Assembly: GCA_951406725.2 (NCBI GenBank)
Contig: OX597822.1
Location: 91,388,001-91,452,000, forward strand
Reading direction: 5' to 3'
DNA from: Octopus vulgaris
Taxonomy: Eukaryota
Length of the DNA stretch: 64,000 nucleotides
Shown here: one piece after another, positions 1-13,739 of the stretch
Layout of the letters: each line of letters opens with the position of its first letter
How positions within the stretch are numbered: the stretch's first letter is position 1
Notes under the pieces: generated by a model
What the model saw: the letters and a program-made list of their open reading frames with translations, nothing else
What the model was told of the DNA's origin: nothing
Database searches by the model: none
Position numbers and translations under genes: made by a program

Positions 1-3000
1 TCCAGACCCTGGTACACGATGAACATTTGAATGACAGAAAGCCCACGGAATTGCTTTATCGTATTTGCAACCTCACACACGAGTCCCCTGAAGACAGCTT
101 GCTTCTAAAACAGCTATTCTTCTTGCACCTACCCTCACATGTTCAGGCAATTTTGGAGCCCATGATTGAAGGAAGTTCAGTTGAACAAATCGCAAATTCA
201 GCTGATAAAATCATGGAATTTTCCAGAAATCTGTCTGTAGCAGACAGTTGTTACTGCAACTGCTTCATCAATGGCTACAGCTCCAGTCGACAGCAGCTCT
301 ACCCAGTCCGCAACTTTAGAAGTCATTTTAAACCCGACGAAGCTTCCAGCATCGCAGTCATTCAACCAGTCGTGGCTGGCGTTCTTTGTCACTCGCTTCA
401 CCAAATGGTTCTTGTAGGTACCATGACTATTTTGGCGTGAAGGCACAGAAATGCCTTCCACCATGTTCTTGTGAATGCCAGGAAAACTAACCAAGGAGAC
501 CCTGAGCACATCAGCAACTCCTGCTACCTCTAATCATGCATTTTTGTGCTAGACCGCAACTTACACAAGAATTTTATGGTCGACACAAGCGCTTCATGTA
601 TCATCTGGCCGGTAAAGTTCGTGATGAGTAAGCCTGTTCTCTCTCGGATTTCTCTGCTAGCTGTCAACCATTCTCCTATCAACACATTTGGGCAGATATC
701 TCTCTCCTTGGATTTGGCACACTGGAGGGACTTTAAATGGATTTTTGTAATTGCAGACCTATCCTATCTTATTCTCAGGGCAGATTTCCTCCACCACTTC
801 TCCCTGTTGGTGGATATTCACCACAGCATTTGTTGGATAGCTCAATGCAGTTATCAGCTCCTGGTTGTCCAGCAGCCACCCTTGTAAGTCCGGTATATTT
901 TAGTGCAGTATCCGGTGATACATACTATTCTCTTCTCAACTTTTTCCTGGAGCTTACTGATTTAACCTTCAACATCACTGATCTTGTACATTCAACAAGG
1001 CACCAGTGTTTGCTCATCCTTGCCATCTTCCTCCTGATAAACTCAAGGCTGCAAAAGTGGAATTCGATCACATGTTCCAGCTGGGGCTTATTCATCCTTC
1101 TACTAGCCCCTGGTCTTCCCCTCTCTTTTTAGTTACCAAAGGAAATACTAATTTCTAACCAGTTGGTGATTATCGAAGATAAAATACTATTACAACCCCG
1201 GACAGATACCCTATTCCACACCTGCAGGACTTCTACCTTGCACAGTAGCACTTTTTTCTAAGGTTGATCTTATCCGGGCATATCACTAGATTCCTTTAAA
1301 TCCAGACAATATAACCAAAGACTGCCATTACTACTCCTTTTGATACATTTGAATTCCTTTCAATGCATTTTGATTTGCAGAACACAGCAAGCACCTTTCT
1401 TTATAGACGAGGTCATTCACAGTCTCAACTTCATCTCCGTTGATGACTTACAAATTCTATGAAAGAAGAGCATGTTTACCACTCAACGCTCCTTTTTCAA
1501 CATTTAAATGATTATTGAGTTAAAATCAACCTGGTGAAGTGTGTTTAGTTCTGCATCGCTGGAACTTTTAGGCTACATCATTGATCATGATGGAATTCGT
1601 CTTCTCCCAGGCAATTTGGAAGCTTCCTCCTCCATTTTCTTTTAAACAGCTTCATTGTTTCTTCAGTTTGCTCAATTTTTATCATCGATTCATCCCAAAT
1701 TGTGCAGAAAAATGGAGTTCACTTGCAGCATTATTGAAGGATTGTAAGAAAAAGTACGAAGTTATTCCCTTTCACCATCACTTGCTGCTGATTTTCAGAC
1801 TGTCAAACAGGTCCTGGCCAAAGTTTCAATGTTAGTACCCCGCAAAATCTGATGCAAAGTTCTCGCTTGTGGTAGATGCATTGGATGTGGCTCTGAGTGC
1901 AGTATTACAGCAAGCTGACCAAGAAATTCTGCAACCACTGGGATTTCATTCCTGCTAGCTCAAGCCCACAGAGATGCGCTATAGTGTTTAGAAGAGAATT
2001 ACTCACTATTTATTTTGCAGTGAAGCATTTTTGTCATTTCCTGGGAGGAAGAGAGTTTATGATATTCACAGACCACAAACCCCTTACCTTTGCTCTGTTT
2101 ACCAAGTCGGACAAGTATTTGCCAAGAGAGATCCAAAATCTTGATAATACATCACAGTTTTCTAGTAACATTCAGCATATCTCCGGTTCTCCCAATATAA
2201 TTACTGATGCCCTATCATCTTTGGATGTTGCATCTGAAGAATTTGCAATATGCCAATTCAAGTATTTGCTATTACCAGCTTCAGACGGAGAGACATTATG
2301 CGATACTTCTACTGGCTCATCTCGTCCACTTGTACCAGAGTCTCATCATTGCACTGTCTTCAACACCCTGCATACCTTATCACATCCTGGTGTTACAGCT
2401 TCTGTAAAGCTCATTTCCGCTCATTTTCCTTGGCCAAATATGAGATACCAAATCACTGAATGGGCGCATGCATGACTTCAGTGTCAACTTTCTAAGATTC
2501 ATCGCCATGTTTGTTTCACCTCTTGGTTCATTTCAGTATCCAGATGCCTGCTTCCAACATATACATATCAATTTAGTTGGGCCTTGACCACCTAACCGTG
2601 GATTCACATACATTCTCACCTGCATTGTTTGGTTTACGCATTGGCCTGATGCCATCCTGCTTGTCGACATTAGTGCTGAATACATGGCACTTGGGTTGGA
2701 TTTCCTGCTTTGGAGTTCCTTTATGTGTCATGACAGACCATGGAAGACAATTCGAGTCATGGCTGTTCAACCAAATTTCTGCTGCCCTAGGAGTTCACCA
2801 TATACGTATGACCAGCTACCATCCAGCTTTGAACAGCATAGTTGAATGCTTCCACAGACAAAAGTGTCTCTCCGTGCATACCCTGATCCTCAAAGGTGGA
2901 ATGAGTACCTGCCTCTCATTCTTTTAGGTTGTCACTCCTCCGTGAAAGAGGATTTGAGATTTTCTACTGCAAAATTATTATACAGATCACCATTGTCTTT

Positions 3001-3450
3001 ACCCAGCCAAAAGCTGGCCCCTGTGGATATTTCAGCACAAGATCCATCTACCTACATTCATCATCTGCCAACCTATTTCTCTGACCTTCCACCGATGTCG
3101 TCTAGTCATCAGACTGTGCCTGCTGCTGTTCCAGCTAATATTGATAAATGGAATTTTGATAAATAAGTGAAAGGTCCTCATACTCTACCCTATAAGGGCC
3201 CTTATCATGTCCTGGGAGAATCATCCAAAACATTTTCCATTGACATTAATGGATCTAAACAAATTGTTTCCACTGATAGGGTGAAGCAAGCTTTTTCTGA
3301 AGCTCTCACTCTAGAACCAAATGTCCCCATCCACTTTCCATCTCCAACATCCGCAGACCGCACTCATGCAAACACCACCACCACACAAGCATGTATCTCC
3401 TGCTCCACCACCACACATCATGATTACCTGGGCTGGGTGTCATGTACACT
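1..3450 (+). mobile_element. Degenerate Ty3/Gypsy LTR retrotransposon internal region (gag-PR-RT-RH-IN), 5' end outside window
   Basis: Gag-like DRKPTELL..LFFLHLPSHVQAIL; protease FMVDTSAS (~575); RT remnants YPIPHLQDF and KVDLIRAYH; RNase H RELLTIYFAVKHF..FTDHKPL; integrase SHPG, TDHGRQFES, TSYHPALNSIVECFHRQ and PYKGPY. Gypsy domain order; many stops and frameshifts. Confidence 0.93.
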
Positions 3451-4257
3451 GGCCAAAAAAATGTGTAAGGCTATATATACTGTACCCTCACTTTTACACA
3501 TCTTGGCATTTTATTTGAACATTTTAGTACATTTGGACATTTTCTTATGTGGCATATGCTGTGTCTTCAAACTTTTGAAACTGCTGTGTTAATTTTTGCA
3601 TGTTTTATTTTCTCTTTTCACTGTTAAAACCTGCCAATACAGTTTTAAGACCAAGGTCATTATCCTTGCCTAGGAAAGTATAGCCTGTCTACATCTCCAT
3701 TGATGTTGACAGTTTTCCAGTAACACTGAGCAGGTTGCAAGTTTGTATGTCTGTTTTGTAGAGCTCTTGGAGTGACCAGTTTAGAAAGCCAAGTATGCAC
3801 ATGAGCATAGCCACAGCATTTGTAGTTGAGAGTTCAGATGACCATATTTTCTTAACTCTTGTGGTATTTATTCCTTGTCTTGTCCTTATTGATAGCTGAC
3901 ATTTTCATATTGTCAAAGATACTTGTAGCTTTCCTCTGAGAGTAAAGGCTGTATGTATGATATATGTTCTCTTCAATTTTTCATTATTTGAAATCTTCCT
4001 GTTTAAGAAGGAACTGGTAACAAAGATGCAAAGTTCCATCATTGGAATGTAGATAACAAAAGTAAATTCATATCTTGAACTTGAGGAAAGTCTTACATAA
4101 TTTTACTGTTCTACTCACACAATGTATTTGTAATGTGCAAATTAGCTGGATGATTTCTTTTTCTGAAAACCTCAACTTTTATAGACTATCATTTATTCAT
4201 TTATTTACAAAACCAAGTGCACCAATTGTTATCTGAGTTGTAAAGCTGGAGGCTTTA

Positions 4258-4308
4258 GTTATTCTGCTTGCATTGTTATTCTGCTTGCATTGTTATTCTG
4301 CTTGCATT
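4258..4308. repeat. 17-bp tandem repeat x3 (gttattctgcttgcatt)
   Basis: Three perfect adjacent copies. Confidence 0.9.
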
Positions 4309-5854
4309 GGTGTTGTTATCAGTATCAGCCATAATCTTACTTGCAGAACTTCATGTAGTGTAATGTACATTTTCTAATCCAGTTTGAATAATGCCATGTT
4401 GGTAGGTAAAGGGTGTTTCTCTTATTCATAACTGAAGAACTAAACCAGTTATTAATTTAGGTTGAAAGAGTAGGCATAATTGTAGAAGTAAATGTTCAGC
4501 AAGACTTTTTAAACAGTCCTCTACACCTGCATTTCAACATACATACTTACCTAGCTGATACAAAATGTATTTGTCAGCAAATAAACTAGGAAGGTGATAA
4601 TGAAAGAAGCACTGCATGTTTGAAAGATTTTAGAAATATGACTTGATCCCCTTAATTTTATAACGATACAATAAACTGCTTCCCAGAAATATACAAAACA
4701 AAAATAAAGAAGGTATTATTTTACTATTACACCTGTCTTGCAAAATGGTGTAACAGGAAAAAATTAATGGAAAAGGGACACAGAATTGTGAGGGACAAAA
4801 TTACATCTTTAAAACAAAATATTCTTTCACAGAAGGAAACAACCACCTATTCCTTGCCCCTTTTCTTTTCCGTGAAGTAGTGATGGCTATTCTAAAAGTC
4901 TACCACTCAAAGATTACTGCCTTTCACAAGATGGATGTAATAGAAAAAATTGACCAAAAAATATCAACAAATAAAATAGAATCTATAATTCTTATATATC
5001 TTTGTTTTGGAATTTTCTGTTGGTTTGCTTTTGTTATTATACCTATTACAAAACAGAATTAAACATTAAAATCCAAGAGACAAAATTAATGAAAATTTGA
5101 TTTTATTTGATTTGATTGTTAGCTGTTTTCATTAAATAAAATGAAGTATTACAGATAATATAGGCATTAAATATAATTGTTGATAAAAAATAAAGCATGT
5201 GTACAAAACATTCTCACTAAATGATTTTGGAAACACCTTGGTAAAAAGAAAAAGTAGCACATTATTGAAAGGAATATTATTAAACGGAAACTATTATTTA
5301 AATACAATTCTTTTTCTGTGTATGCGTGTGTGTGTAATTATCATTTTTACACCTACTTCCCATGCTGGGAAGTCCAAGTCGGTTCTTATTGAGTGCATTT
5401 CGTTGTGGTACCAGTAAGACATGTACATTTATTATGGGAATGTGATCAAGTGGAGGAATAAGAAAGTGATGATGGAAGAAGGGTTGGTGAGAGGTGCAAG
5501 AGTATGTTTGTAGCAATAGGGTAATTGGAGCAAAGAAGGGGAGAAGAAGTGATGTATAATAGCAGGAGCAGAAAAAGGTAAGAGTAATTTATAAATGACA
5601 ACCATAATACAAGAAAAAAGTGATGGATAGCATTACAAAGAAAATGAAAGTAGAGTGGATTGGGTGCAAACAGATCTTATACAGTTTCTTGTACAAAGGT
5701 TTTGTGATGGCTAAGAGATGAAGATCATGGTAGGGGTATTTAATGTGGATAGTTCCTATATCATTAAAGAAGCAGCATAGGCATGGAGACATGAGTGATA
5801 AACAGATGAGAAGCATTGAAGGATGTGTGGAAGGGAGTAAATGCATACAATATA

Positions 5855-6086
5855 TAGGGTTGGTCAAAAGTCGCCTGACAGTAAATCAAAACTATTTAAT
5901 TTCAAGATTTATGTTTAACAACTGAATAAGACTTTGCTAATAAACAGACAAATGTTGAGAAAACGGTGATTTTTACCTCACAGCATTCAATTATTAAACA
6001 TTTATAATTGGAATGAATAAATATAATTGAATATTAAGTACTTATGGAATTTTGATTTACTGTCAGGTGACTTTTGGTCAACCCTG
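5855..6086. mobile_element. Tc1/mariner-type MITE
   Basis: TIRs tagggttggtcaaaagtcgcctgacagtaaatcaaaa / ttttgatttactgtcaggtgacttttggtcaaccctg, flanked by TA on both sides; non-coding interior. Confidence 0.85.
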
Positions 6087-7019
6087 TATGTACACACATA
6101 CACACTCATATTTATATATGCATACACATGTATATGACTATCATTGTACACACTTGTATACACTCACTTCTTATATGCATATCTATATATGCAAGCATGT
6201 TCAAATATGAATATAAAAAGTAATATTGATATATTACATAGTATGCAGTACAATCAAATAGAACAATACAAAATAAAAGCAAAATAATATTAAAAGTACC
6301 AAATAGAGAAATTAATATAGAAATTAAATGAAAAAAAAAGAATTTGATAAAGAAATTTAAAGAAAAATGCTTTAACATCAACAAGGTATTAATAGCAGAT
6401 CAGTAAAAGAAAGTACATTGCCTATTAAAAACAAGACTATGTCCAAGTTCATACATGTATACCAACACACATACATCCATGTGTGTGTGTGTGTGTGTAT
6501 GATGACTGTTAATTCGTTAACTGAGCATGACTTTTCTCACCATCAACACTAATAACACACAATCATACAAGTAATATAGACTTAAATATTTTCAGTTAAG
6601 AGTGTTAAAGATAGTCTATATGTTATGTGACTGAAAATGACTCTTTAGCCAAGCAAGAGATTTACAAATTTTTTCCACACAGACAACATGAAAATACTTG
6701 ATTTAGTTACGAAGACTACTGCAAATTGATATTGTAACATGTTATGTGCTTAGTCAACACAGATTTACTTCTGCAGATCTTATTATAGACAGAGAAAGAT
6801 AGTTCAACAGAGCGTAAGAGTCAATAGTTGGGGGTGGGTCGTGGCTAAATAAGTGCTTCTACTTATGACTAATCCAGCTTGAGAGAGACAAATACTGTTG
6901 CAAATAATTTGAACAAAAAAAATGTGAATTTTTAATTATTTTCTGAGATTTTACAAAAACAAAAAAAAATATTATTAAAAAAAAAAATTTTTTTAAGGAG
7001 AGAAGGATCATTGTCCACA

Positions 7020-8817
7020 AGAAAATGCTTTTTTGCCTCTATTTTTATCACTGCATCTTTCTGCATGTTATCTTCAGACAAAGCAGTACCTTCTTGAATT
7101 TGACTCCTTCATTTTAGCCAATCCGTTGCATCATTCTCCCAGTTTACATGCATCAATTCAAAGTTCCTTAGTGAGCAACTTATTGGATCTTTGAAAGGCG
7201 TTTTTTTTCTTTGCATAAAAGCCTCTTTGCTTCTTTTATCTGATCATATAACAGTTGTTTGGACATGTGTTGATCAGATTCTCTTATCGGATGACCAGTT
7301 CGACAAAGTCTGTGTCAATGAATTTCAGTTTCAATGCTCTTCACATTTCAATGCTATTTGCATCATCACACTCAAGTACTTCAGTATCTAGTATATTGTA
7401 CAACTATTTGATTTTTTATATAGAGTACAAACATCTAGTAATTTGAGGTGCTTCTTAGATACTCCCCACATCTCACTCAAGTAGAGGAAGAATGAAAGTA
7501 CACAAGCCTTGTATGTTGAAGTCTTTTTATTTTAGCTAATATCTCTATTAGACCAAACTTGCCCTTCAAGATTCTTGAAAACCTGAGACGCTTTTTGAAG
7601 ATGATTTGCTATTTCATTCATCTAATGAGCAAACATGATTCAACTTCCAAAATATGTAAATTTGTCTACAACATTCAATTTTGTGTTTTGAAGAAAAATC
7701 TTCATAAACTTTATGAAATGTTTATAAACACTTGGAAGAGCCAACTGACCATCAAATACATACCTGACCATTAGAGATATTTGTTCTTGGTGACTCATAT
7801 CAGGTGTGCAGTCTAAAATTATGGTGTAGTATTTAGCTGCTTTTATGCATTTGAGTATCCCATTCAAAACAGTTGTAGCCATAATGTTCAGCAGTTCATT
7901 CTAAGTGTCTTTTCCTAAATGGTGATTGTGAATTTTGTGGGTTTTGACTTTCACAAATGTTCTTCAAAAACAGGGTCAAACTTTCTCAATAGCTCAACAA
8001 GACCTAAAAAGTTTCCATTGTGTACGCTCTCGTTACCAACTGTTTCCACAGTCCCTCTAAATGCTAGGTTTCTCCCAGCAAGAAACTGCACTATTGACAC
8101 TAGCCTTCTGAGAACTTGCTACCAGTGCTTTACATGTTCATTGGCGATTATTTCATGTTCTTTGTCAATGGTCTGTCCATTACAAAGTCTTAGGTGCAAT
8201 TCCCAGAATCTCCATGCAGCTTTCAAATGGTTCTTAAAATTTTAATGCCAACATAACCTTGTATGTAGCTTAGACCAGTTGTTGACAATGCACAGGGTGT
8301 ATTGTTGCTAATAAGCTTACAATAAAAGTAATAAATTTTATATATGTCCCATAATTTCCACTGAGTACACCATATGAAATTAATGCCTACATCTTTCCTA
8401 CCCAACGAATAGTGTCATTTCCCCGAAGAGATTAGCAGTTTATTTTCCTGCATATGAGATCTTTTTTTTGCACATTTGTACTTTATTGTTTATGCATATG
8501 TACATTGAATGTCCATTGTAGCATGCTAGTTTACTTTTTTTGCTGTCCTCTCAAGTTTTCTGCATCCAAGGTTCATGTCTTATTATCACGCAGCATCACA
8601 GTTCTAGCATCAGCATCATATAATCTGCCCTTCACCTTTATTATCAGTAGCAGCAGTAAATCTTGATCTTTATTGTCAGCAGCAACAGGAGATATTTTCA
8701 GATCAATCATCTTCCTTGCTAATTAGTCTCCTTGGTAACAAAAGTTATTGGTTACTTCCAGTGAGCCATCTGGGTGTTTTAAAGAATCTCTTTCTGGTGT
8801 ACCCAAAGTACATACTG
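7020..8817 (-). mobile_element. hAT-family transposase relic (ZMYM1-like/DUF4371 type)
   Basis: Minus-strand IKAAKYYTIILDCTPDMSHQEQISLMVRYV and upstream NGNFLGLVELLRKFDP motif; disrupted; ends approximate. Confidence 0.8.
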
Positions 8818-8829
8818 TTACAGTGCACC

Positions 8830-10080
8830 TGTCATGTATGAAGCTTATTTTCTATGTCAGTCTGTCTGTCATTCTGCTACTCTTTATGTGTCAATAGTTT
8901 ACTTTATGAACAACATACAGAATTTATATTTACTCTTTTTCTGTATATCAAGCAAAGCCATTTCCCTGAAGATACCAGGGTTCTCTTTTATTTTCTATTA
9001 ACTGAAACCTTCATCATTTCTAAGTTTACCTCGAGGCCCCTCAATTCTAGATTTAGTTTCCATAACTGGTATTTCCTCTATAATTTCACTATAGATTTAG
9101 CTATGAAAACTAGATCATCAGCATATCGGAATTTCTATGGAAAGCCAGTCTTAAATAATGAATAGGAAAGGACTGAACCCTGATGAACTCCTATCATCAC
9201 ACTAAATTTGTCTCTGAAATTTTCAACTCTTACTTTACTTACTACATCTTTGTATGCAGCTTGTACAGCTCTCACAAGCCATTCATCTACACCTAGTTTC
9301 CTTAGTGACTGCCAAATTATAGTATGTGGTGTCCCTTCAAATACCTATTTCTTTATTACCCACAAGGGGCTAAACATAGATGGGACAAACAAGGACAGAC
9401 ATAGGTACTAAGTCGATTAAACTGACCCCAGTGCGTAACTGGTACTTAATTTATCGACCCCGAAAGGATGAATGTCAAAGTCGACCTTGGCGGAATTTGA
9501 ACTCACAACGTAACGGCAGCCGAAATACCGCTAAGCATTTCGCCCGGCCTGTTAACGTTTCTGCCAGCTCGCCGCCTTCAAATATTGTCTCCAAGTCAAC
9601 AAATGCCAAGAACAGTAGTTTATTCTTAGCCAAGTATTTCTCCTGTACTTGCCTCAATAGGAAGATTGCATTTTTGGTACCTCTTCCTTGTACAAAGCCA
9701 AATTGCATCTCATCCAAGTCTATACTGTCATGAATCAATTATACTATAACTCTCTCTATGACTATCATAGCCTGTTTCAGTAATCTGACTCTTCTATAAT
9801 TTCCTCTCTCTAAGGCATTTCCTTTGTAACAGTTTATGATGATACTGCTGTACAGATCACTGTGTATGACACTTTGCTGTTTAGCTTCATTAATGTGGTA
9901 ATCACATGTCCTGTCTCATTGGATATTTTGTGATGGACCTGCAGCTTTCCCTCCTGGATGGACCTGCAGCTTTCCCTCTCTTCAGATCCTTACTAGCTTA
10001 TCTACCATGCTGCCATCAATTTGTAGAGTTAGCTTGAGGTAGCCCATCTTTGTCCTATGCATTCTCCATTTCCTGCAGCC
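8830..10080 (-). mobile_element. RTE-clade LINE fragment (RT region), interrupted by a SINE
   Basis: LDEMQFGFVQGRGTKNAIFLLRQVQEKYLAKNKLLFLAFVDLE; homologous to the copy at 39840-40268. Confidence 0.85.
9344..9576 (-). mobile_element. tRNA-derived SINE, family A
   Basis: Head GGCGGCGAGCTGGCAGAAACG, B-box-like GAGTTCAAATTCC, core CATCCTTTCGGGGTCGATAAATTAAGTACCAG; flanking direct repeat ccttcaaata. Confidence 0.88.
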
Positions 10081-10539
10081 TAGATGTGTATGAATAGAAT
10101 AAAGGGATAGGTCAAAATGAAGACAGGAAGAGAAAGTGAGAGGAAGAAAAGCAGAAAAGAAAAAGAGAGAGAAGAAAAAAGTGAAAAGTGTGAGAAAAAA
10201 GAAAAGAAAAGAAAGTGAAGAAAGGGTGAAAGTGAGAAAAGGAGTGTTAGTTGGTGGTCAAGATAATGTGATGGGAGGATGGAAAAGGAATGGGGGAGGG
10301 GTGGGTAGAAAGAGATGAGAAGGTAAGGAGTAAATAAGTGTGAGATATTTGAGTAGGGGTGATATGATAGGGCTGTGTTAAGGGATGGGTAGAGAAAAGG
10401 TATGGGTGGGGTGATACCAAAGTGAGTAGTAGTTTTAATAGTAAAATTTAAAGTGGAGGGAAGAATTCAAGGATGTCAAATTTCAGTAAATGGATGTATG
10501 TGTGATAGGTAAGAATCAAAGAGGAGGAAAGCAGGTATA

Positions 10540-10834
10540 ATGACATATGTATGCCTGCACACACGTACATATACATGTGCACATATGTATATGTACACAT
10601 ATACATATATACATATGCATATACATACACAAATACATACTCAAGCATCCATAAATGTATTCATACACGCATATGCATGCTATTACATATACATATACAT
10701 GCATATGCACATACATATGTGCAGGCTCACACAAGCTTACACCGTCACATGCACACAGGTACTCATGTATACATATATACACATACACACACTCATATAT
10801 ATTTGTATATATATATATGCACATACATATACAT

Positions 10835-10869
<35 letters not shown>

Positions 10870-10940
10870 CATACATATACCCACATACATATACATACAT
10901 ACATAAAAATACAGGCACACACATTTATACACACACATGT
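10540..10940. repeat. Compound (CA/TA)n low-complexity microsatellite
   Basis: Degenerate ACAT/AC/AT repeats; source of several spurious ORFs. Confidence 0.9.
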
Positions 10941-11115
10941 ATCTGTTTGTAAGTCCATATATAGTATTAAATGATTGAGATCCTTAATGAAAGATAAGGG
11001 AGTTAAAAAAGTAAAGATTAAAATTTAAAATGGAGATAAAGGAAAGTTAAGTAGGGTTAAGTAGGGTTGCTGGGGATTACCTAAGGGGTTTTGTGGATAT
11101 ATGCTGTGTGGTTAT

Positions 11116-11429
11116 TTAGGTTGCATTTAGATTTGTGGCAAAATTTGAATGTATGAAAAAAGCGGTACTTAGGGACTTATTATATTTATTTAGTAGTATC
11201 AAGGAGTTGTGTTTTAATATGTGGAATGCCTCTTTTAGGCATAACTTACAGGCAAAGCACTGATCTTGGTATGGAAGCCCTGAATCTGTTATGGACCATG
11301 ACAAAGTGTAGGGAATATTTCTATTTTTGAGATGATGTATGTGACTGGTGAGTGTTATGGATTTACTGTGTGTCTCGTATCAAAAAGAAATGAGATGTGC
11401 GGCATATTGCTGTTTAAAATTTATGGTTG

Positions 11430-11475
<46 letters not shown>

Positions 11476-12250
11476 TGTAGAATTGTGTAATGTGTTGAGG
11501 GTGGTGCATTTATAAATTACATTAGATCTCCTACAGTGGGTTTGCAGATGACAGATGGATTCAGGATGGCAGTTACAAGTGGGTGTATTTGGGGGATTAT
11601 TTTCAGGAATGGAAGAGGTAATACTGTCAGAGAAGAGGTTAGAGATTGTGGTAGAAAAGTTTAAGTTATTAGTATTATTATTACTATTATCGTTATTATT
11701 GTTATCATTGTTATTAATTATTTTATCTGTAACAGTGGTGGAAGTTGTGGTAGTATTTTGGATAGTGTTACTAGGATAGGTTGGGTTATGGTGTTCAATG
11801 TTGGAGTTGTGTACATGTTGGGCACTTGTGTATTCAGAGTTATTATAGAGTGAGTTTTGATAGTTGAGAGAAAGCTTTTGTTTATTAGAAGTTGCTATGA
11901 TAGACTCAAAGCTGAGTGGGGTAGAATAGGATAGCTTCAGAGTAGATCTGTTAAAGATAGAGTAATATTTATATTGACAAGGCAAGTTGGAGTCCTGTAT
12001 ATTAAAGAAGGATTTAGTTCTTAATGTTTAGTGAGAAGTGGGGTGTGTATACCATAGAATAGAACATCCACCACTTTTTTTTTGGGGTGCTTAAGAGAGA
12101 TGCCAAGGAATTGTTTATCCATTATGAAAGCATTACCTGTAATAAGTGCTTGTATTAGTGAGGAAGCGAGAGTATAAAAGATATTGGTATCTAGAAGATC
12201 CAAAGAGTGGCAGGTAATGCTAAGTAAGTGCTATGGACAAACCGTAGTTA
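11116..12250 (-). mobile_element. Penelope-like element relic (RT C-terminus and GIY-YIG endonuclease)
   Basis: YSIFNRSTLKLSYS, CNCHPESICHLQTHC..NVIYKC..YIGST..FKQ..H, then LSWSI..CKLCLKEAFHIL; (TA)20 at 11434-11473 inside the YIG motif. Confidence 0.82.
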
Positions 12251-13432
12251 AACTCTTGGTTTGATAGTGATACGAACTAGGAGTTTAATGTGGGTCTGTA
12301 GTGGTTTATTACATTTGACATTTTGACAAGAAATATAAGACACACCATATGTATAGAAGGGTGGTTAAATAACTTCCAATAACAACAAAACTATTTCAAA
12401 AGATTTAAAAAGAAGTTAAACATACCAACAAATATTCTTTTATAGAAAATATACAAAGATATTCAGTACATCACCTCTGACCTATATTTGTATGTTTATT
12501 ACTGCTTGAGGTACTCTGTTTTATCAAGTCATTTAAACTATATTTATACACCATGTACAAATGTTTTTTTTTAATACAAAAGATATTTATGAAAAATGTG
12601 AAATGCCTCATTACTGTGAATCAAGTGAAACATTTAATGCAAAATGACAAAAATTTAATGGTTGTCTTAACTAGATGGACTGTCCTCTTCTTGATAAATC
12701 TTTTTAAGAGCTTTAATATAAAGAAATAACAGATCATGATTGGAATAAAATTGAAATATATTTGTTGGGATAAGATGAGAATCTGAGAAACTAACACAAA
12801 GCATGGAGTGCATCCTGAGACAGTGGGAGATGTGAGAGGTATGGTGTCATCAAGAAGGTCACAAGTCGTATGTGATAACAGAACTTTGAAAAACCAGTTA
12901 ATCAGTTAACTAACTAATGATCTAAATAAATAATAAAATAGAAGTAAAATACAATCAGCGCATGTATTTTGTTGCTATATCATATGGAGATAGCAAAGGA
13001 TCAATATGCAGTGTGACAAAAGATCTAACCACTTATGGCAAGTGGCTGCAGTATTTTTCATATTCTGTCAAGCCTACAATCTGCTGCCTTCACCTTTCTT
13101 CTACCTACTTTTACCTTTTCTTATTCATAGCATTCCATCTCTCATCTCCCCACCACATGTGCTGGCTGCTGCATCCCCCTCCTCACCCTGAAACCCTTGC
13201 TCTTCATGTAAAAATGTGAAAGCAATTCTTTGTATCTTGTCTGACATTGAATTTGTTACCTTAAGTTAAGACAATTTTCAAACTTTAACCATAGTGATAT
13301 GTCCAAGTTTATGTGTTACAGTTTAGAGAGCTGACTGACTGTAAAAGTTGAATTGTATCAATATAAAAGTAACAATAATCACTGTTGATGGTTAGCATTA
13401 ATTTCTATTGGTAGCCGATCTGGTACTGGTCT

Positions 13433-13739
13433 TGTTGTTAGTTCCTTCTCGAGCCATGCCTGGCTCATAAGGGCCAGTTTCCCGGTTTCTTGGCGTATAG
13501 GTTCTCCACCTGGACGGGACGCCAGTCCATCGCAGGTGAGCTGCATGATGCAGGAGGAAAGAGTGAGAGAAAGTTGTGGCGGAAGAGTCAGCAGAAGTTT
13601 CGCCATTACCTTCTGCCGGAGCCGCGTGGAGCTTAGGTGTTTCGCTCATAAACACACACATCGTCCAGTCTGAGATTCAAACTCGTGATATTTTGACCGC
13701 GAGTTCACTGCTCTAACTACTAGGCCACGTGCCTCCTCT
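13433..13739 (-). mobile_element. tRNA-derived SINE, family C
   Basis: Head with A-box-like TGGCCTAGTAG and B-box-like GAGTTTGAATCTC, (aac)n tail, 12-bp TSD tggtactggtct / tggcactggtct. Confidence 0.85.

Noticed and set aside
3780-3990. 3' LTR of the Gypsy element at 1-3450
   Set aside because: No clean PPT or TG..CA boundary, and the 5' LTR needed for comparison is outside the window.
10136-10318. Lys/Arg/Glu-rich ORF
   Set aside because: Purine-rich low-complexity tract without splice or domain support.
10448-10974. Six overlapping ORFs rich in Y/I/H/T/C/V/M
   Set aside because: Translations of CA/TA microsatellite; the same applies near 18.0, 36.7, 40.8 and 60.7 kb.
13433-13739. tRNA-like A/B boxes as tRNA genes
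   Set aside because: They are SINE heads with tails and TSDs; no complete cloverleaf.
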